64,000 nucleotides of DNA from Patescibacteria group bacterium (GTDB taxonomy: Bacteria > Patescibacteriota > Microgenomatia > Levybacterales > UBA12049): positions 3,569 through 67,568 of the forward strand of contig DASYZL010000011.1 in assembly GCA_035946335.1 (NCBI GenBank), given 5' to 3'. Shown one piece after another: positions 11,419-21,446 of the stretch; position 1 is the stretch's first letter, and the number at the start of each line of letters is the position of its first letter. Below the pieces are notes generated by a model, which worked only from the letters and a program-made list of their open reading frames with translations, made no database searches and had not been told where the DNA came from. The translations under genes and the position numbers were made by a program.

Positions 11419-12218
11419 ATGCCAAATAGCTGTTTCGCATTTCGTGTTGTCGCTTCGTCAATGGAAGCAAAAGAAACACCTTTTATGTGCGCTAGGAATT
11501 CACCTACAAGTATAACACGGGATGGTTCATTTCTGCTACGCCGGTATGGAATCGGGGAGAGAAACGGACTGTCTGTTTCAGTAACAATGCGCTCAAGCGG
11601 CGTACGTCGGGCAATCTCAGTAAGTGATACAGTTTCGCCAGGCGCAAGTCCAGGATAGGTGATATTGCCGTCAAAGCCAATAAAAAATCCCAAATCCAGT
11701 GCATCGTGTAATATGTTCAGACTTCCCGCAAAACAGTGAAACATGCCGGGATTATACTGTTTCAAAAAATGTTTTTTCTTTTTCAGAATAGCAATCACAT
11801 CATTTCCCGCGTGACGATTGTGGATTTGAATCGGTAGACTAAGTTTATGTGCAAGTTCGATTTGGGATTCAAAAATTTCCTGCTGCAGGAAACGATCAAC
11901 AATGCCGTTTGACTGGTATCGGTAGTAGTCCATACCGATTTCGCCGATAGCAACAACGTACGGTTGTTTTGCAAGATTCTCCAGTTCATCCAACCAGTCT
12001 GAGGATAAATCATGTTTATCTGCATGGTGCGGATGTACGCCAACAATTGCAGAACAATTGACATATTGTTGGGTAAGTTCAACTGCCTTTTTACTTGAAT
12101 CAAGTTTTGTGCCGGCATTGATGACGCGGCTGACCCCTGCATCAGTTGCGCGTTTCAGTACCGTATCATAGTCTTTTGCAAATGCGTGAAAATTCAGGTG
12201 ACAATGAACATCAATCAT
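11415..12218 (-). CDS. tatD: TatD-family nuclease
   Basis: DVHCH, GVHPH, GEIGMDY, ETDSP. Confidence 0.93.
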   Translation of the reverse strand: MIDVHCHLNFHAFAKDYDTVLKRATDAGVSRVINAGTKLDSSKKAVELTQQYVNCSAIVGVHPHHADKHDLSSDWLDELENLAKQPYVVAIGEIGMDYYRYQSNGIVDRFLQQEIFESQIELAHKLSLPIQIHNRHAGNDVIAILKKKKHFLKQYNPGMFHCFAGSLNILHDALDLGFFIGFDGNITYPGLAPGETVSLTEIARRTPLERIVTETDSPFLSPIPYRRSRNEPSRVILVGEFLAHIKGVSFASIDEATTRNAKQLFGI

Positions 12219-12264
12219 ACTGATAGTATATCGTTTTTGCTGCTATGAAGCATAGTGAGGGTGT

Positions 12265-13704
12265 CTATTGCAAACGTGGAAACAAAGGTTTTTGTGATTG
12301 AATTTCCGGTCCCTGAAACTGTTTGGTTATTGTATCTGCCGTATTAGAAAGAAATGGAGAAAGAAGTCCTGCAATTTCCTGTAACTGGTCAACAGCGTGG
12401 GATAAAACATCTTTTACCCGTGGATTGACATTTTTCAATAAATCCCATGGTTTTTCCTGGTCAAGATATCCATCAAGTTCTCTGATTTTTTTCCACACAA
12501 CAGCAATTGCGTCAGAAAAACGATACTCCACTAAAGCTTTACTATACGCGTCTGTATTGACAACGTGTGATATTTCACTATTGATCGGCCTGCTTTCAAT
12601 ATGGCGGGAAGTTTCACACAGTTTGGCAACCCGCGCCACAAGGTTTCCCAGGCCATTAGCGAGGTCTGCGTTGTATACTTCTTTAAATTTATCCCACGAA
12701 AAGTTACTGTCTTCCCATGGGTGAATTTTTGCTAGTAAATAGTACCGAAGCGCGTCAGTTCCGTATATATCGACAACTTCAAATGGATTAATGACATTTC
12801 CTAAACTCTTACTCATTTTTTGTCCTTCAACAGTCATAAACCCGTGAATAAAAATCTGCTTGGAACTGGGAAGTCCTGCGGAAAAAAGCATCGCTTGCCA
12901 CATTGCTGCTTGCTGTCTCACTTGGTCTTTACCGGCAAATTGTACAACAGGCCAAAATGTTTTGAATTGCTTTTCGTCATCAGGCCAGCCGATAGTAGAG
13001 ATATAGTTAATAAGTGCGTCAAACCATACATACATCACATGCTTGTTATCGTCGGGCACATCAATGCCCCATGGCATTTTGCTTTTAAGCCGTGAAATAC
13101 TGAAATCTTCCAACCCGCTTGTAACAAATGAAATAATTTCATTAAACTTGCTTTGTGGTACAACAAAATCAGGATTTGACGCATAAAAATCCAGTAGTGG
13201 TTGCTGATATTTGGAGAAGCGAAAAAAATAGTTTTCTTCTTCATATATTTGCAGTTCAAGATTCGGATGTAACACGCATGTTCCATTCACTAGTTCTGAA
13301 TCAGTTTTTTCCAGTTCGCAGCCAACACAATATTTAATTTTGTAGAATTTTTTATAAATATCACCATGCGCTTTACAGCGATTCCAGAATTCCTGTGCCG
13401 CTGCTATATGATGTGCATCTGTCGTGCGGACAAAATTTGTATAGCTGAGAGATAGTGCGTTTTTGAGGGCTTTAAATTTTTCCGCATACATATCACTATA
13501 TGTTTTCGGAGACATGTGTGCTTCCAGAGCCTTTTCATAAATTTTTTGTCCATGCTCATCGGTGCCGGTGTTAAATACCACTGTTTCACCAAGAAGACGA
13601 TGATATCGCGCAATAACGTCAGCCTGAATTATTTCTAAAGCAAATCCAATATGAGGATCAGCATTTACATAAGGAGTTGTCGTTGTATTATAAAATGTTT
13701 TCAT
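12265..13704 (-). CDS. metG: Methionyl-tRNA synthetase (short form)
   Basis: PHIGF (HIGH-like), GTDEHG, YVWFDAL, KMSKS. Confidence 0.97.
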   Translation of the reverse strand: MKTFYNTTTTPYVNADPHIGFALEIIQADVIARYHRLLGETVVFNTGTDEHGQKIYEKALEAHMSPKTYSDMYAEKFKALKNALSLSYTNFVRTTDAHHIAAAQEFWNRCKAHGDIYKKFYKIKYCVGCELEKTDSELVNGTCVLHPNLELQIYEEENYFFRFSKYQQPLLDFYASNPDFVVPQSKFNEIISFVTSGLEDFSISRLKSKMPWGIDVPDDNKHVMYVWFDALINYISTIGWPDDEKQFKTFWPVVQFAGKDQVRQQAAMWQAMLFSAGLPSSKQIFIHGFMTVEGQKMSKSLGNVINPFEVVDIYGTDALRYYLLAKIHPWEDSNFSWDKFKEVYNADLANGLGNLVARVAKLCETSRHIESRPINSEISHVVNTDAYSKALVEYRFSDAIAVVWKKIRELDGYLDQEKPWDLLKNVNPRVKDVLSHAVDQLQEIAGLLSPFLSNTADTITKQFQGPEIQSQKPLFPRLQ

Positions 13705-13782
13705 TGTGCAATTGTAGCAAAAACTGAATAAAGAAGCGAGAAATGTACTATAATAAAAGAAAAATTTCGTGAAATAGTATTT

Positions 13783-14183
13783 CTATGCTGGTGTCAGTGC
13801 AGTATAGCCGTTTTTGCTAAATACCATATCAAATCCATAGATACGTTTTGTCTTAAACCGATCAGCACAAGCCGTAAGCATACAATCCGTAAGACTGACA
13901 CGCTCGTTTTGTTCCTGAAACTTCGCGAGCGCGTACTGTCTCATTGCTTCATCAGAATCTACGATCAGGGATGTGCTTTCCTGTAAAAAATTGTCCATAG
14001 CGGCAGCATGATTTGCTTTTTTTCCAAGAATGTTGATGATTTCGGTAAACACATCATGAGGAAGAATAATAGTGCCTGTTACTTTGAACAATTTTTCGCC
14101 TTCTGTGATAACTATGGCATGATTACGGTTTGTATCTGATGAGAGAGAAAAGAACCCACTGGTATCGGCATCGGTTCTTTCAT
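13783..14183 (-). pseudogene. VapC/PIN-domain toxin, apparently frameshifted at codon 5
   Basis: Four PIN acidic residues (DTS, TE, TDC, GFD). The ATG overlapping the antitoxin stop is out of frame with the PIN frame; the only in-frame start is TTG 14205. Confidence 0.6.
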
Positions 14184-14413
14184 GTATTGTATAAATACTC
14201 GTCAATCTTTTGCGAAGTATCTTTTGGCGCGTGGACGTGTATGGTTGTGAGTTTTAGCAATGCCTGCCCGATAGTAGACGCTTTCTGTTTGTGTGTAAGT
14301 CCAGAGGTTAACAAATCGCGGATTACTTGTACTGCTGATTTCTTTTCCTGCTTCGCAACTGTGGTAATGGTTTGATACAAGCTCTTTGGTAAATAGACTT
14401 GCGTTCTAATCAT
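14180..14413 (-). CDS. RHH/CopG-type antitoxin
   Basis: MIRTQVYLP...IDEYLY; TACAGT-6nt-ATG; directly upstream of the PIN gene. Confidence 0.8.
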   Translation of the reverse strand: MIRTQVYLPKSLYQTITTVAKQEKKSAVQVIRDLLTSGLTHKQKASTIGQALLKLTTIHVHAPKDTSQKIDEYLYNT

Positions 14414-14485
14414 ATGGTTACTGTATATCACATATCATAAAGCTTGTTAACATGAATGATTCGGAGAATCTATGTAACTTTGCAG

Positions 14486-14824
14486 TCAATTGTTTTTCTT
14501 GAAAAAGAAAACTTCCAGGCTAATAAAAATTGCAAGGAGCATAAGCAGGAAAAAAATATGTTTCAGTCCAAAATACCGTAGAGATAGGTAGCTGATGACA
14601 AAAAGGGTAACGAGAAAACCTTGTAACATGGTGCGAAACAAATAGCTAGTGAAGAAAAAAATCGTTACCAAAACACCAGTTACGACAAAAGGGAATAAGG
14701 GAATGCGATAGCTGTTCAGTGGAAGGGAAAACGTTGGGGGATAAGAAATGATTGCATATAAAGATAGCCCACCAAGCAACACTGCGAGGAGAAAAAAATG
14801 AAACGGGCGTTTCTTGACACGCAT
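14486..14824 (-). CDS. Hypothetical 4-TM protein
   Basis: Hydrophobic 112 aa; TATCAT-6nt-ATG. Confidence 0.65.
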   Translation of the reverse strand: MRVKKRPFHFFLLAVLLGGLSLYAIISYPPTFSLPLNSYRIPLFPFVVTGVLVTIFFFTSYLFRTMLQGFLVTLFVISYLSLRYFGLKHIFFLLMLLAIFISLEVFFFKKNN

Positions 14825-14852
14825 AGGGAAATGATAACAGAAAGAAAACCTC

Positions 14853-14889
14853 TTGACATGATCTAGCAGTCATGTTATTATTCTGCTAA
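14853..14889 (+). promoter_or_regulatory. hrcA promoter with overlapping variant CIRCE operator
   Basis: TTGACA (14853)-17-TATTAT (14876); CTAGCAGTC-N9-TTCTGCTAA at 14863-14889 versus consensus TTAGCACTC-N9-GAGTGCTAA. Confidence 0.8.
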
Positions 14890-14899
14890 TTCATATTAT

Positions 14900-15631
14900 A
14901 TGCATGACTTAACGCAACGGCAAGTACAAATATTACGGAGTCTTATTGAAGAATATATTAATACGGCAGAGCCGGTTGGCTCTGAAACTCTTGAAAAAAA
15001 GCATAACCTTTCTGCTTCCCCCGCAACTATCCGCAATGAAATGGTTCGACTTGAAGAATTAGGATACCTGAAAAAACCCCATACCTCAGCAGGCAGGATT
15101 CCAACAGCAATTGCGATGAAATTTTACGTCAAGCAACTCATGAAAGAAAAAGAGCTATCAGTCTCAGAAGAAGTCGCCCTCAAAGAACGTGTTTGGGATT
15201 ACCGTGAGCACGAAGCGCAATGTCTTCGTGCTGTAGTAAAATCACTAGCTGAAAAGACCCGCGCTCTTGCTGTTGTTACAACAAACGATGGTGATGTGTA
15301 TGTGGCAGGATATGCAAATATTCTGGATATGCCTGAGTTTTATGATATTGATATCACAAAAAATCTTCTCCTTGCTCTGGACGAATTCGATATTCTCGCC
15401 AGTATTTTTTCAGGAGTGCACGACGATGAAGATATACACGTTTTATTAGATGAAGAATTAGGTCCCCGGCTCAAAGGTCCGTATGGATTTGTATACACAA
15501 ATTACCACACACCGCTTCATCTTAAAGGTGAAGTTGGCGTATTGGGGCCAACACGGCTCAATTATACATCAGTTATTCCAACGGTTCGATACTTTGGTGA
15601 TTTAATTGAAGAAATCGCAAAGGGTTGGTAA
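14900..15631 (+). CDS. hrcA: Heat-inducible repressor HrcA (short form)
   Basis: EPVGS, SPATIRNEM, PHTSAGRIPT, GPTRLNY. Confidence 0.95.
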   Translation: MHDLTQRQVQILRSLIEEYINTAEPVGSETLEKKHNLSASPATIRNEMVRLEELGYLKKPHTSAGRIPTAIAMKFYVKQLMKEKELSVSEEVALKERVWDYREHEAQCLRAVVKSLAEKTRALAVVTTNDGDVYVAGYANILDMPEFYDIDITKNLLLALDEFDILASIFSGVHDDEDIHVLLDEELGPRLKGPYGFVYTNYHTPLHLKGEVGVLGPTRLNYTSVIPTVRYFGDLIEEIAKGW

Positions 15632-15635
15632 TACT

Positions 15636-16148
15636 ATGGACGAACAGAAGAAAAAAGAAAAAAAAGAGGAAGGACAACAGGAAGAAATCGAAGCAGAGAC
15701 AGTCGTAACAGAGGGGGAAGAGAAGCATGTACAAAGAGAATTACAGGTAGTAACTGAACTTGCAAGGCAATTTGAAAATCAGGCAAAACGATTGGCAGCA
15801 GATTATCAGAATTTGCAAAAGAGAACACGGGAAGAAAAAAGCGAATGGATTGGTTCAGCAAGTAAAGATTTGATCTTGAAAATCTTACCGGTTTTAGATA
15901 CACTGTTTTTAGCGCAAAAGCATGTGCAGGATAAAGGGTTAGCGTTAGCTATTGATCAATTTACGAAAATACTTGAGAACGAGGGTTTAGAACGAATTGA
16001 AACGGTTGGTAAACAGTTTGACCCAATAACAATGGAAGCAGTGACAACGCAGGAAGGAGAGGCAGGAAAAGTTCTGGAAGAAGTGCGGGTAGGATACATG
16101 ATGCATGGAATGCTTATCCGTTCAGCGCAGGTTATTGTAGGACAATAA
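15636..16148 (+). CDS. grpE: Nucleotide exchange factor GrpE
   Basis: [18 protein letters not shown]....IRSAQV; ATG 15636 preferred. Confidence 0.93.
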   Translation: MDEQKKKEKKEEGQQEEIEAETVVTEGEEKHVQRELQVVTELARQFENQAKRLAADYQNLQKRTREEKSEWIGSASKDLILKILPVLDTLFLAQKHVQDKGLALAIDQFTKILENEGLERIETVGKQFDPITMEAVTTQEGEAGKVLEEVRVGYMMHGMLIRSAQVIVGQ

Positions 16149-16167
16149 AGGTAAACGAAAGGGATAT

Positions 16168-18081
16168 ATGGCAAAAATTATTGGTATTGATTTAGGAACA
16201 ACAAATTCATGTGTAGCTGTCATGGAAGGTGGACAGCCAAAAGTTATCCATTCAGCAGAAGGGCGAAATGTTATTCCTTCTGTAGTGGATCCGAAAACAC
16301 ATGTTGTCGGTGACGTTGCAAAACGCCAGATGGTATTAAAACCACTTGAAACTATCTATTCGGTAAAACGATTGATCGGACGCAAATTTTCTGATCCGTC
16401 GGTTCAGCGCGATATGAAATTGCTTCCCTATAAAATTAAAGCAGGACGCGATGATATGGCAGTTGTTGAAGTTGACGGGAAAACCTACACGCCACAGGAG
16501 ATTTCTGCAATGGTATTACAAAAGATTAAAGCAGATGCGGAAAGTTATTTGGGTGAAAAAGTAACGGCAGCGGTTATTACTGTCCCTGCATATTTTGACG
16601 ATTCCCAACGTCAGGCAACGAAACAGGCAGGTGAAATTGCCGGGCTTGATGTGCAGCGGATTATCAACGAGCCAACCGCTGCGGCACTTGCTTATGGCCT
16701 TGATAAGAAAAACGCGCACACGATTGCTGTATATGACTTGGGTGGAGGAACATTTGACATTTCCATTCTTGAACTGGGTGATGGTGTCTATGAGGTGAAA
16801 GCAACGAATGGTGATACGCATTTGGGCGGGGATGATTTTGACCAACTGATTATTAATTATTTGGCTGATGAGTTTAAAAAGGAAAACAACATTGATCTTC
16901 GAAAAGATCCGCAAGCACTGCAACGGCTTAAAGAGGCGGCAGAAAAAGCAAAAATAGAATTATCTTCCTCACAGGAAGCTCAAATTAATCAGCCCTTTAT
17001 CACACAGGGACCAAACGGGCCATTGCATTTGACCATGACGTTGACCCGGGCAAAACTTGAGCAAATTTGCGATGATCTCATTCAAAAAACGCTCAAGCCG
17101 GTTGAAAAAGCGTTGGCCGACGCAAAGAAAAAAGTTAGTGATATTGATGAAGTTGTACTCGTTGGCGGCATGACGAGAATGCCAAAGATTATTGAAACAG
17201 TGACGAAATTTTTTGGCAAGGAACCGAATAAATCAGTGAACCCTGATGAAGTTGTTGCGGTGGGCGCGGCAGTGCAGGGAGGGGTTTTAGCAGGTGAAGT
17301 CAATGATATTTTGCTTCTTGATGTTACTCCCCTTACGTTAGGTCTTGAAACAATGGGCGCTGTATCAACATCGCTTATTTCGAGAAATACAACCATTCCG
17401 ACAAGCAAGTCACAGGTGTTTTCAACAGCAGCTGATAATCAAACACAGGTAGAGATTAATGTGCTGCAGGGAGAACGTCCAATGGCAGCAGATAATAAGT
17501 CATTGGGGCGGTTTATTCTTGACGGTATTCCTCCTGCGCCGCGTGGCGTTCCGCAAATTGAAGTGACGTTTGATATTGATGCGTCAGGTATTTTATCTGT
17601 CAAAGCAAAAGATAAAGCAACGGGTAAAGAACAGTCCATTAAAATTACCGGTTCAACAGGTCTCTCCAAAGAAGAAATTGAGAAAATGACCAAAGAGGCA
17701 GAGATGCACGCAAAGGAAGACGCGGAGAAAAAAGAAACAATTGAAGCAAAGAATATGGCAGACAGTCTTATCTTTACCGCGGAAAAAGCGCTCAAAGATG
17801 CCGGCGACAAAGCGCCAGCTGATATTACATCCCAAGTGGAAGAAAAAATAAAAGCACTCAAAGATATTCTGGAAAGTGCAAATAAGGAAGAGTTGGAAGC
17901 AAAAACAAAAGAATTGTCTGAAGTGTTGCAAAAAGTCGGTGAACAACTATATAAAGCAGCGGGTGATCAGTCAGCAACGCCAACGCCCCCTGATGCTTCG
18001 CAGGAAATTGAAAAGGAGGAGAAAGAAGGGAAAACAGACGATAAAAAAGACGAAGCGCAAGAAGGAGAAGTTGTCGAGTAA
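16168..18081 (+). CDS. dnaK: Chaperone DnaK
   Basis: [24 protein letters not shown]. Confidence 0.99.
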   Translation: MAKIIGIDLGTTNSCVAVMEGGQPKVIHSAEGRNVIPSVVDPKTHVVGDVAKRQMVLKPLETIYSVKRLIGRKFSDPSVQRDMKLLPYKIKAGRDDMAVVEVDGKTYTPQEISAMVLQKIKADAESYLGEKVTAAVITVPAYFDDSQRQATKQAGEIAGLDVQRIINEPTAAALAYGLDKKNAHTIAVYDLGGGTFDISILELGDGVYEVKATNGDTHLGGDDFDQLIINYLADEFKKENNIDLRKDPQALQRLKEAAEKAKIELSSSQEAQINQPFITQGPNGPLHLTMTLTRAKLEQICDDLIQKTLKPVEKALADAKKKVSDIDEVVLVGGMTRMPKIIETVTKFFGKEPNKSVNPDEVVAVGAAVQGGVLAGEVNDILLLDVTPLTLGLETMGAVSTSLISRNTTIPTSKSQVFSTAADNQTQVEINVLQGERPMAADNKSLGRFILDGIPPAPRGVPQIEVTFDIDASGILSVKAKDKATGKEQSIKITGSTGLSKEEIEKMTKEAEMHAKEDAEKKETIEAKNMADSLIFTAEKALKDAGDKAPADITSQVEEKIKALKDILESANKEELEAKTKELSEVLQKVGEQLYKAAGDQSATPTPPDASQEIEKEEKEGKTDDKKDEAQEGEVVE

Positions 18082-18111
18082 CAATACTCTTTTATCCCCG
18101 GTAAGTTTCCC

Positions 18112-18954
18112 ATGAATGCCAAAGAACTACAACGCTATAGCCCGTACGCACTCCTAGGCACACCAGTTGATATTTCCTTAAGTACAGCAGCTATCCATAA
18201 TCATACAAAACCTTATTCCGACGGATTTGCTTCCCCGGAAGCGTATGTTGATACGGTGCTCGGAGAATACGGTGTTGATTTGCTGATTATTACAGACCAC
18301 AATTCTCTAAAAGGTTCAGAAAAAGCGATGGAGTACGCTGTTCACTTGGGATACGGTGGGGATCGGGTCATGAGCGGCGTAGAGGTGACAACGAGCGATG
18401 GACATGTTCTGGCAATCGGAGTGGATGGCGAAATTCCTCGTGATCGTTCAGCTGAGGAAACAAATTACCTTATTCATAAAAAACATGGGTTATCATTTGT
18501 TGCTCATCCGCAGCTTCGCTTTGCAAAAGGAATGCGAAGGGAGAGGATTCGGAAAGTTATGGAAAACCCATACAAGAATCGTCAATTTGATGGTCTGGAA
18601 GGATTGAACGGTTCGGGAGAAGCGATGAGAAATACCTTTTTATTAGGAACATTACTGTTTCCCGAAAACAGCAATAGAGAGGCATTGTGTTTATGGGAGC
18701 AAGACATGGTGGAACGTCTTGCGCTCATTGGCGGCATGGATGAACATGGAAAAAGAAATATGGTAACAGTGTTGACGCAATATCCAGGACATGATTTCCG
18801 GGAAGCGATAAAAAAGCGGCAAACACGTGTGATATACTTGCCCGAAAGGTTACAAGGGAAACACGCTTTTGAAGAAGCAGGTTATATGATTGGAGCTGTA
18901 TTGAAAACAAAATATACATGGTATATGCATCATAAGAGAATTGGGGGAGATTAA
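18112..18954 (+). CDS. PHP-domain metallophosphoesterase
   Basis: HNHT, TDHN, GVE, GH, AHP, DEH metal ligands. Confidence 0.8.
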   Translation: MNAKELQRYSPYALLGTPVDISLSTAAIHNHTKPYSDGFASPEAYVDTVLGEYGVDLLIITDHNSLKGSEKAMEYAVHLGYGGDRVMSGVEVTTSDGHVLAIGVDGEIPRDRSAEETNYLIHKKHGLSFVAHPQLRFAKGMRRERIRKVMENPYKNRQFDGLEGLNGSGEAMRNTFLLGTLLFPENSNREALCLWEQDMVERLALIGGMDEHGKRNMVTVLTQYPGHDFREAIKKRQTRVIYLPERLQGKHAFEEAGYMIGAVLKTKYTWYMHHKRIGGD

Positions 18955-18956
18955 CT

Positions 18957-19832
18957 ATGGGACAAGATTACTATCAGATTCTTGGAGTCAGTAAAGGTGC
19001 AGCTGCGGATGAAATAAAACGCGCGTATCGCAAGCTGGCTTTGCAATATCATCCTGACAGAAACAAATCGCCGGAAGCAGCGGAAAAATTTAAAGAAGTT
19101 ACCAAGGCATACGAAGTGCTATCTGATGAGCAGAAGCGAAAAACATATGACCAGTTTGGCGCTGCGGCGTTTGAGCAGGGCGGGCCAGCAGGCCAGGGGC
19201 CATTCGGAGGTGGTTTTGGTGGACAGTACGGACCGTTTACGTATACATACACAACAAACGGAAACACTGATGGATTTGATTTTGGCGGATTTTCCGATCC
19301 GTTTGAAATTTTTGAACAGTTTTTTGGTGGCACTTCTCCATTTGGTAGGGCAGCACGGCGTCCTGTCTATTCACTGGCTATCGATTTCTTCGAAGCAGTT
19401 AAGGGAACAACAAAACGGGTGACTATCGATGGGAAAGAAGAAACCATTAAAATTCCGGCAGGCGTTGACAACGGATCTCGAATCCGTTTCGAAAAGTACG
19501 ATATCGTCGTTGAAGTAGCCCAAAGTAAAAAATTTGTGAGAGAGGGATATGATATTGTGACTGAGCAAGAAATTCCTTTTACCAAAGCGGTTCTTGGGAC
19601 AGAGTTATCAGTTGAGACAATTGACGGACCAATTACAGTGAAAATTCCGGCAGGAACACAGCCAAATACCATGATGCGACTTCGCGGAAAAGGCGTACAA
19701 CACGTACGGGGAACCGGAAGAGGCGACCAGTATCTGCGAATAAAAATAGTTATACCAAAGCATGTGACACACGAACAAAAGGAATTAATTGAGAAATTAG
19801 ATAGCTTGAAAGAGAAAAAAGGCTGGTTTTAA
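18957..19832 (+). CDS. dnaJ: DnaJ-class chaperone lacking the zinc finger
   Basis: J domain with HPD, G/F region, C-terminal domain; no CxxCxGxG. Confidence 0.9.
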   Translation: MGQDYYQILGVSKGAAADEIKRAYRKLALQYHPDRNKSPEAAEKFKEVTKAYEVLSDEQKRKTYDQFGAAAFEQGGPAGQGPFGGGFGGQYGPFTYTYTTNGNTDGFDFGGFSDPFEIFEQFFGGTSPFGRAARRPVYSLAIDFFEAVKGTTKRVTIDGKEETIKIPAGVDNGSRIRFEKYDIVVEVAQSKKFVREGYDIVTEQEIPFTKAVLGTELSVETIDGPITVKIPAGTQPNTMMRLRGKGVQHVRGTGRGDQYLRIKIVIPKHVTHEQKELIEKLDSLKEKKGWF

Positions 19833-19946
19833 AGACCGATTTTTGCATACAAATTTCCATCCTCTATTTCACGTACACTTCTTATTGTAGAACACTCAAA
19901 ATCTTTTTCGTTTTCTTTGTGTTAATGGTATAATGCAACTACTTTT

Positions 19947-20033
19947 GGAGAGGTGCTGGAGTGGTCGATCAGGATAGTCTTGAAAACTATTAAGTGCGTA
20001 AGCTCTTCGTGGGTTCGAATCCCACCCTCTCCG
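19947..20033 (+). tRNA. tRNA-Ser(TGA)
   Basis: GGAGAGG/CCTCTCC acceptor, ATAGT-CT-TGA-AA-ACTAT, long variable arm, GTTCGAATC; TGGTATAAT upstream. Confidence 0.95.
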
Positions 20034-20141
20034 CATCCATTCCTAGCTTCGTTTTCTTCACGCTTCTTTTATTAGTTAGTTGGGAAATAACTGATGACTA
20101 TTTCTGAACTTGCAGGAGAGTGAAAATTACCTGTATATAGG

Positions 20142-20777
20142 TTACCTTATAGGCAGTTCCTCGATGACACCGGTTACTGTCCCATGATTGCCGAGGTACC
20201 CAACAATGATTTTGGAAACAGCAAATTCAGCTTGAGTATTTTCTCCCAGAACTTTTCTTATATCTGCTATTGCTGTTGGTTGTTTCAAACGTGTTACTGT
20301 TATGTGTGGTGTATAACGAGAACCAATCAATAGTGCGCCATACTGCTCCCGCTCTTTTCTGTCCTCGGGGGAAAGGTTTTGCATTACTGCAACATGTTCG
20401 ATAACAAGTCCCTCACGTAACGAATTTGTTTTCTGCACTATTTGTTGATGAAAATCAACGAGGTTAGTAAGGCGTCGTGCATTCCAAAATACAAATTCTC
20501 CCAGAACGAGATCACATTGATCCAGGTGGATAGGAAATGGTTTCATCTCTGCTATCTCGTTTCTGACAATATCAATAACTTTTCCTATGTTTTTCTGAGG
20601 ATAACGAGCCTGAGATATCGTTATATGAGGAATAAGATTTTGCGTATTAAGAACAAACTGAGTTGCAAAAGTTCTCATGAGCTGTTCACTCATTACAATT
20701 GCTTTCTCTTGTATGCTCGTATCAGGAATGATTGCTATATTAAGTTGCACTGTTTGTCCTGTTGCTTCATTTTTCAT
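20142..20777 (-). CDS. 2H phosphoesterase (2'-5' RNA ligase-like)
   Basis: Two HxT motifs: PHITI, PHITV. Confidence 0.8.
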   Translation of the reverse strand: MKNEATGQTVQLNIAIIPDTSIQEKAIVMSEQLMRTFATQFVLNTQNLIPHITISQARYPQKNIGKVIDIVRNEIAEMKPFPIHLDQCDLVLGEFVFWNARRLTNLVDFHQQIVQKTNSLREGLVIEHVAVMQNLSPEDRKEREQYGALLIGSRYTPHITVTRLKQPTAIADIRKVLGENTQAEFAVSKIIVGYLGNHGTVTGVIEELPIR

Positions 20778-20848
20778 TATGATTTGGCGCGGGTATATTG
20801 TAGCATAGGTTTCTTAACGATTACGTTTCAATCGTATATTGTTTCTAT

Positions 20849-20989
20849 TTATAATGAGAGGCTTGTGGACAGAAATTGCAATCCATAATAGGAGAACAGA
20901 ATTGCCAGTATTGTTATTACAACTGCTTCAAGCGCAATTTTTTCCCAGCTGTTCTTTTGTGTAATCTGGGGGAGAGATAAGGAAACCAT
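20849..20989 (-). CDS. 46-aa single-TM small protein
   Basis: AAAGGAGGTGA-5nt-ATG; MVSLSLPQITQKNSWEKIALEAVVITILAILFSYYGLQFLSTSLSL. Confidence 0.65.
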   Translation of the reverse strand: MVSLSLPQITQKNSWEKIALEAVVITILAILFSYYGLQFLSTSLSL

Positions 20990-21011
20990 GCTGCTCACCT
21001 CCTTTCTTACT

Positions 21012-21054
21012 ACGTTACCGTATAAGCGTGAAAAGAGCGTAAAAGAGAAGTAAT
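21012..21054 (-). promoter_or_regulatory. 11-bp-period repeat array upstream of -10 TAACGT
   Basis: On + strand: GTGAA 21028, GTAAA 21039, GTAAT 21050; -10 at 21012-21017. Confidence 0.5.
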
Positions 21055-21071
21055 AAAACGACAAGAGATTT

Positions 21072-21446
21072 TTAAGGGAGAGTTTTTCTTACATGCTTTT
21101 GTATAAGGGCAAGTAATGCGTCAATGTCAAACGGTTTTGCAATAAAATCATCCGCGCCTGAGGATGTCCAGAAATTTTTTGCTTGTGGATGAGCTGAGTT
21201 AAGAATAATAGGGATATGCTTTGTGTCTTCCCGTGTTTTAAATTGATGGATTATCGTCCTTCCATCACAACCTGATAACAACATGTCCAAAAAGATAACG
21301 TCCGGTAAATGATTTTTATCGATATGTGTGGCATAATCTCCATTATCAATAACCTGTACGATATAGCCGGCATCTTCCAGGAGCAGCTGTACCGCTTCTA
21401 GAATATCTCTATTGTCATCAATAAGAAGTACTGTTTGCTTTTTCAT
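21072..21446 (-). CDS. Single-domain response regulator
   Basis: LIDD, FLDM, SA, KPF; ATG 21446 preferred. Confidence 0.9.
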   Translation of the reverse strand: MKKQTVLLIDDNRDILEAVQLLLEDAGYIVQVIDNGDYATHIDKNHLPDVIFLDMLLSGCDGRTIIHQFKTREDTKHIPIILNSAHPQAKNFWTSSGADDFIAKPFDIDALLALIQKHVRKTLP

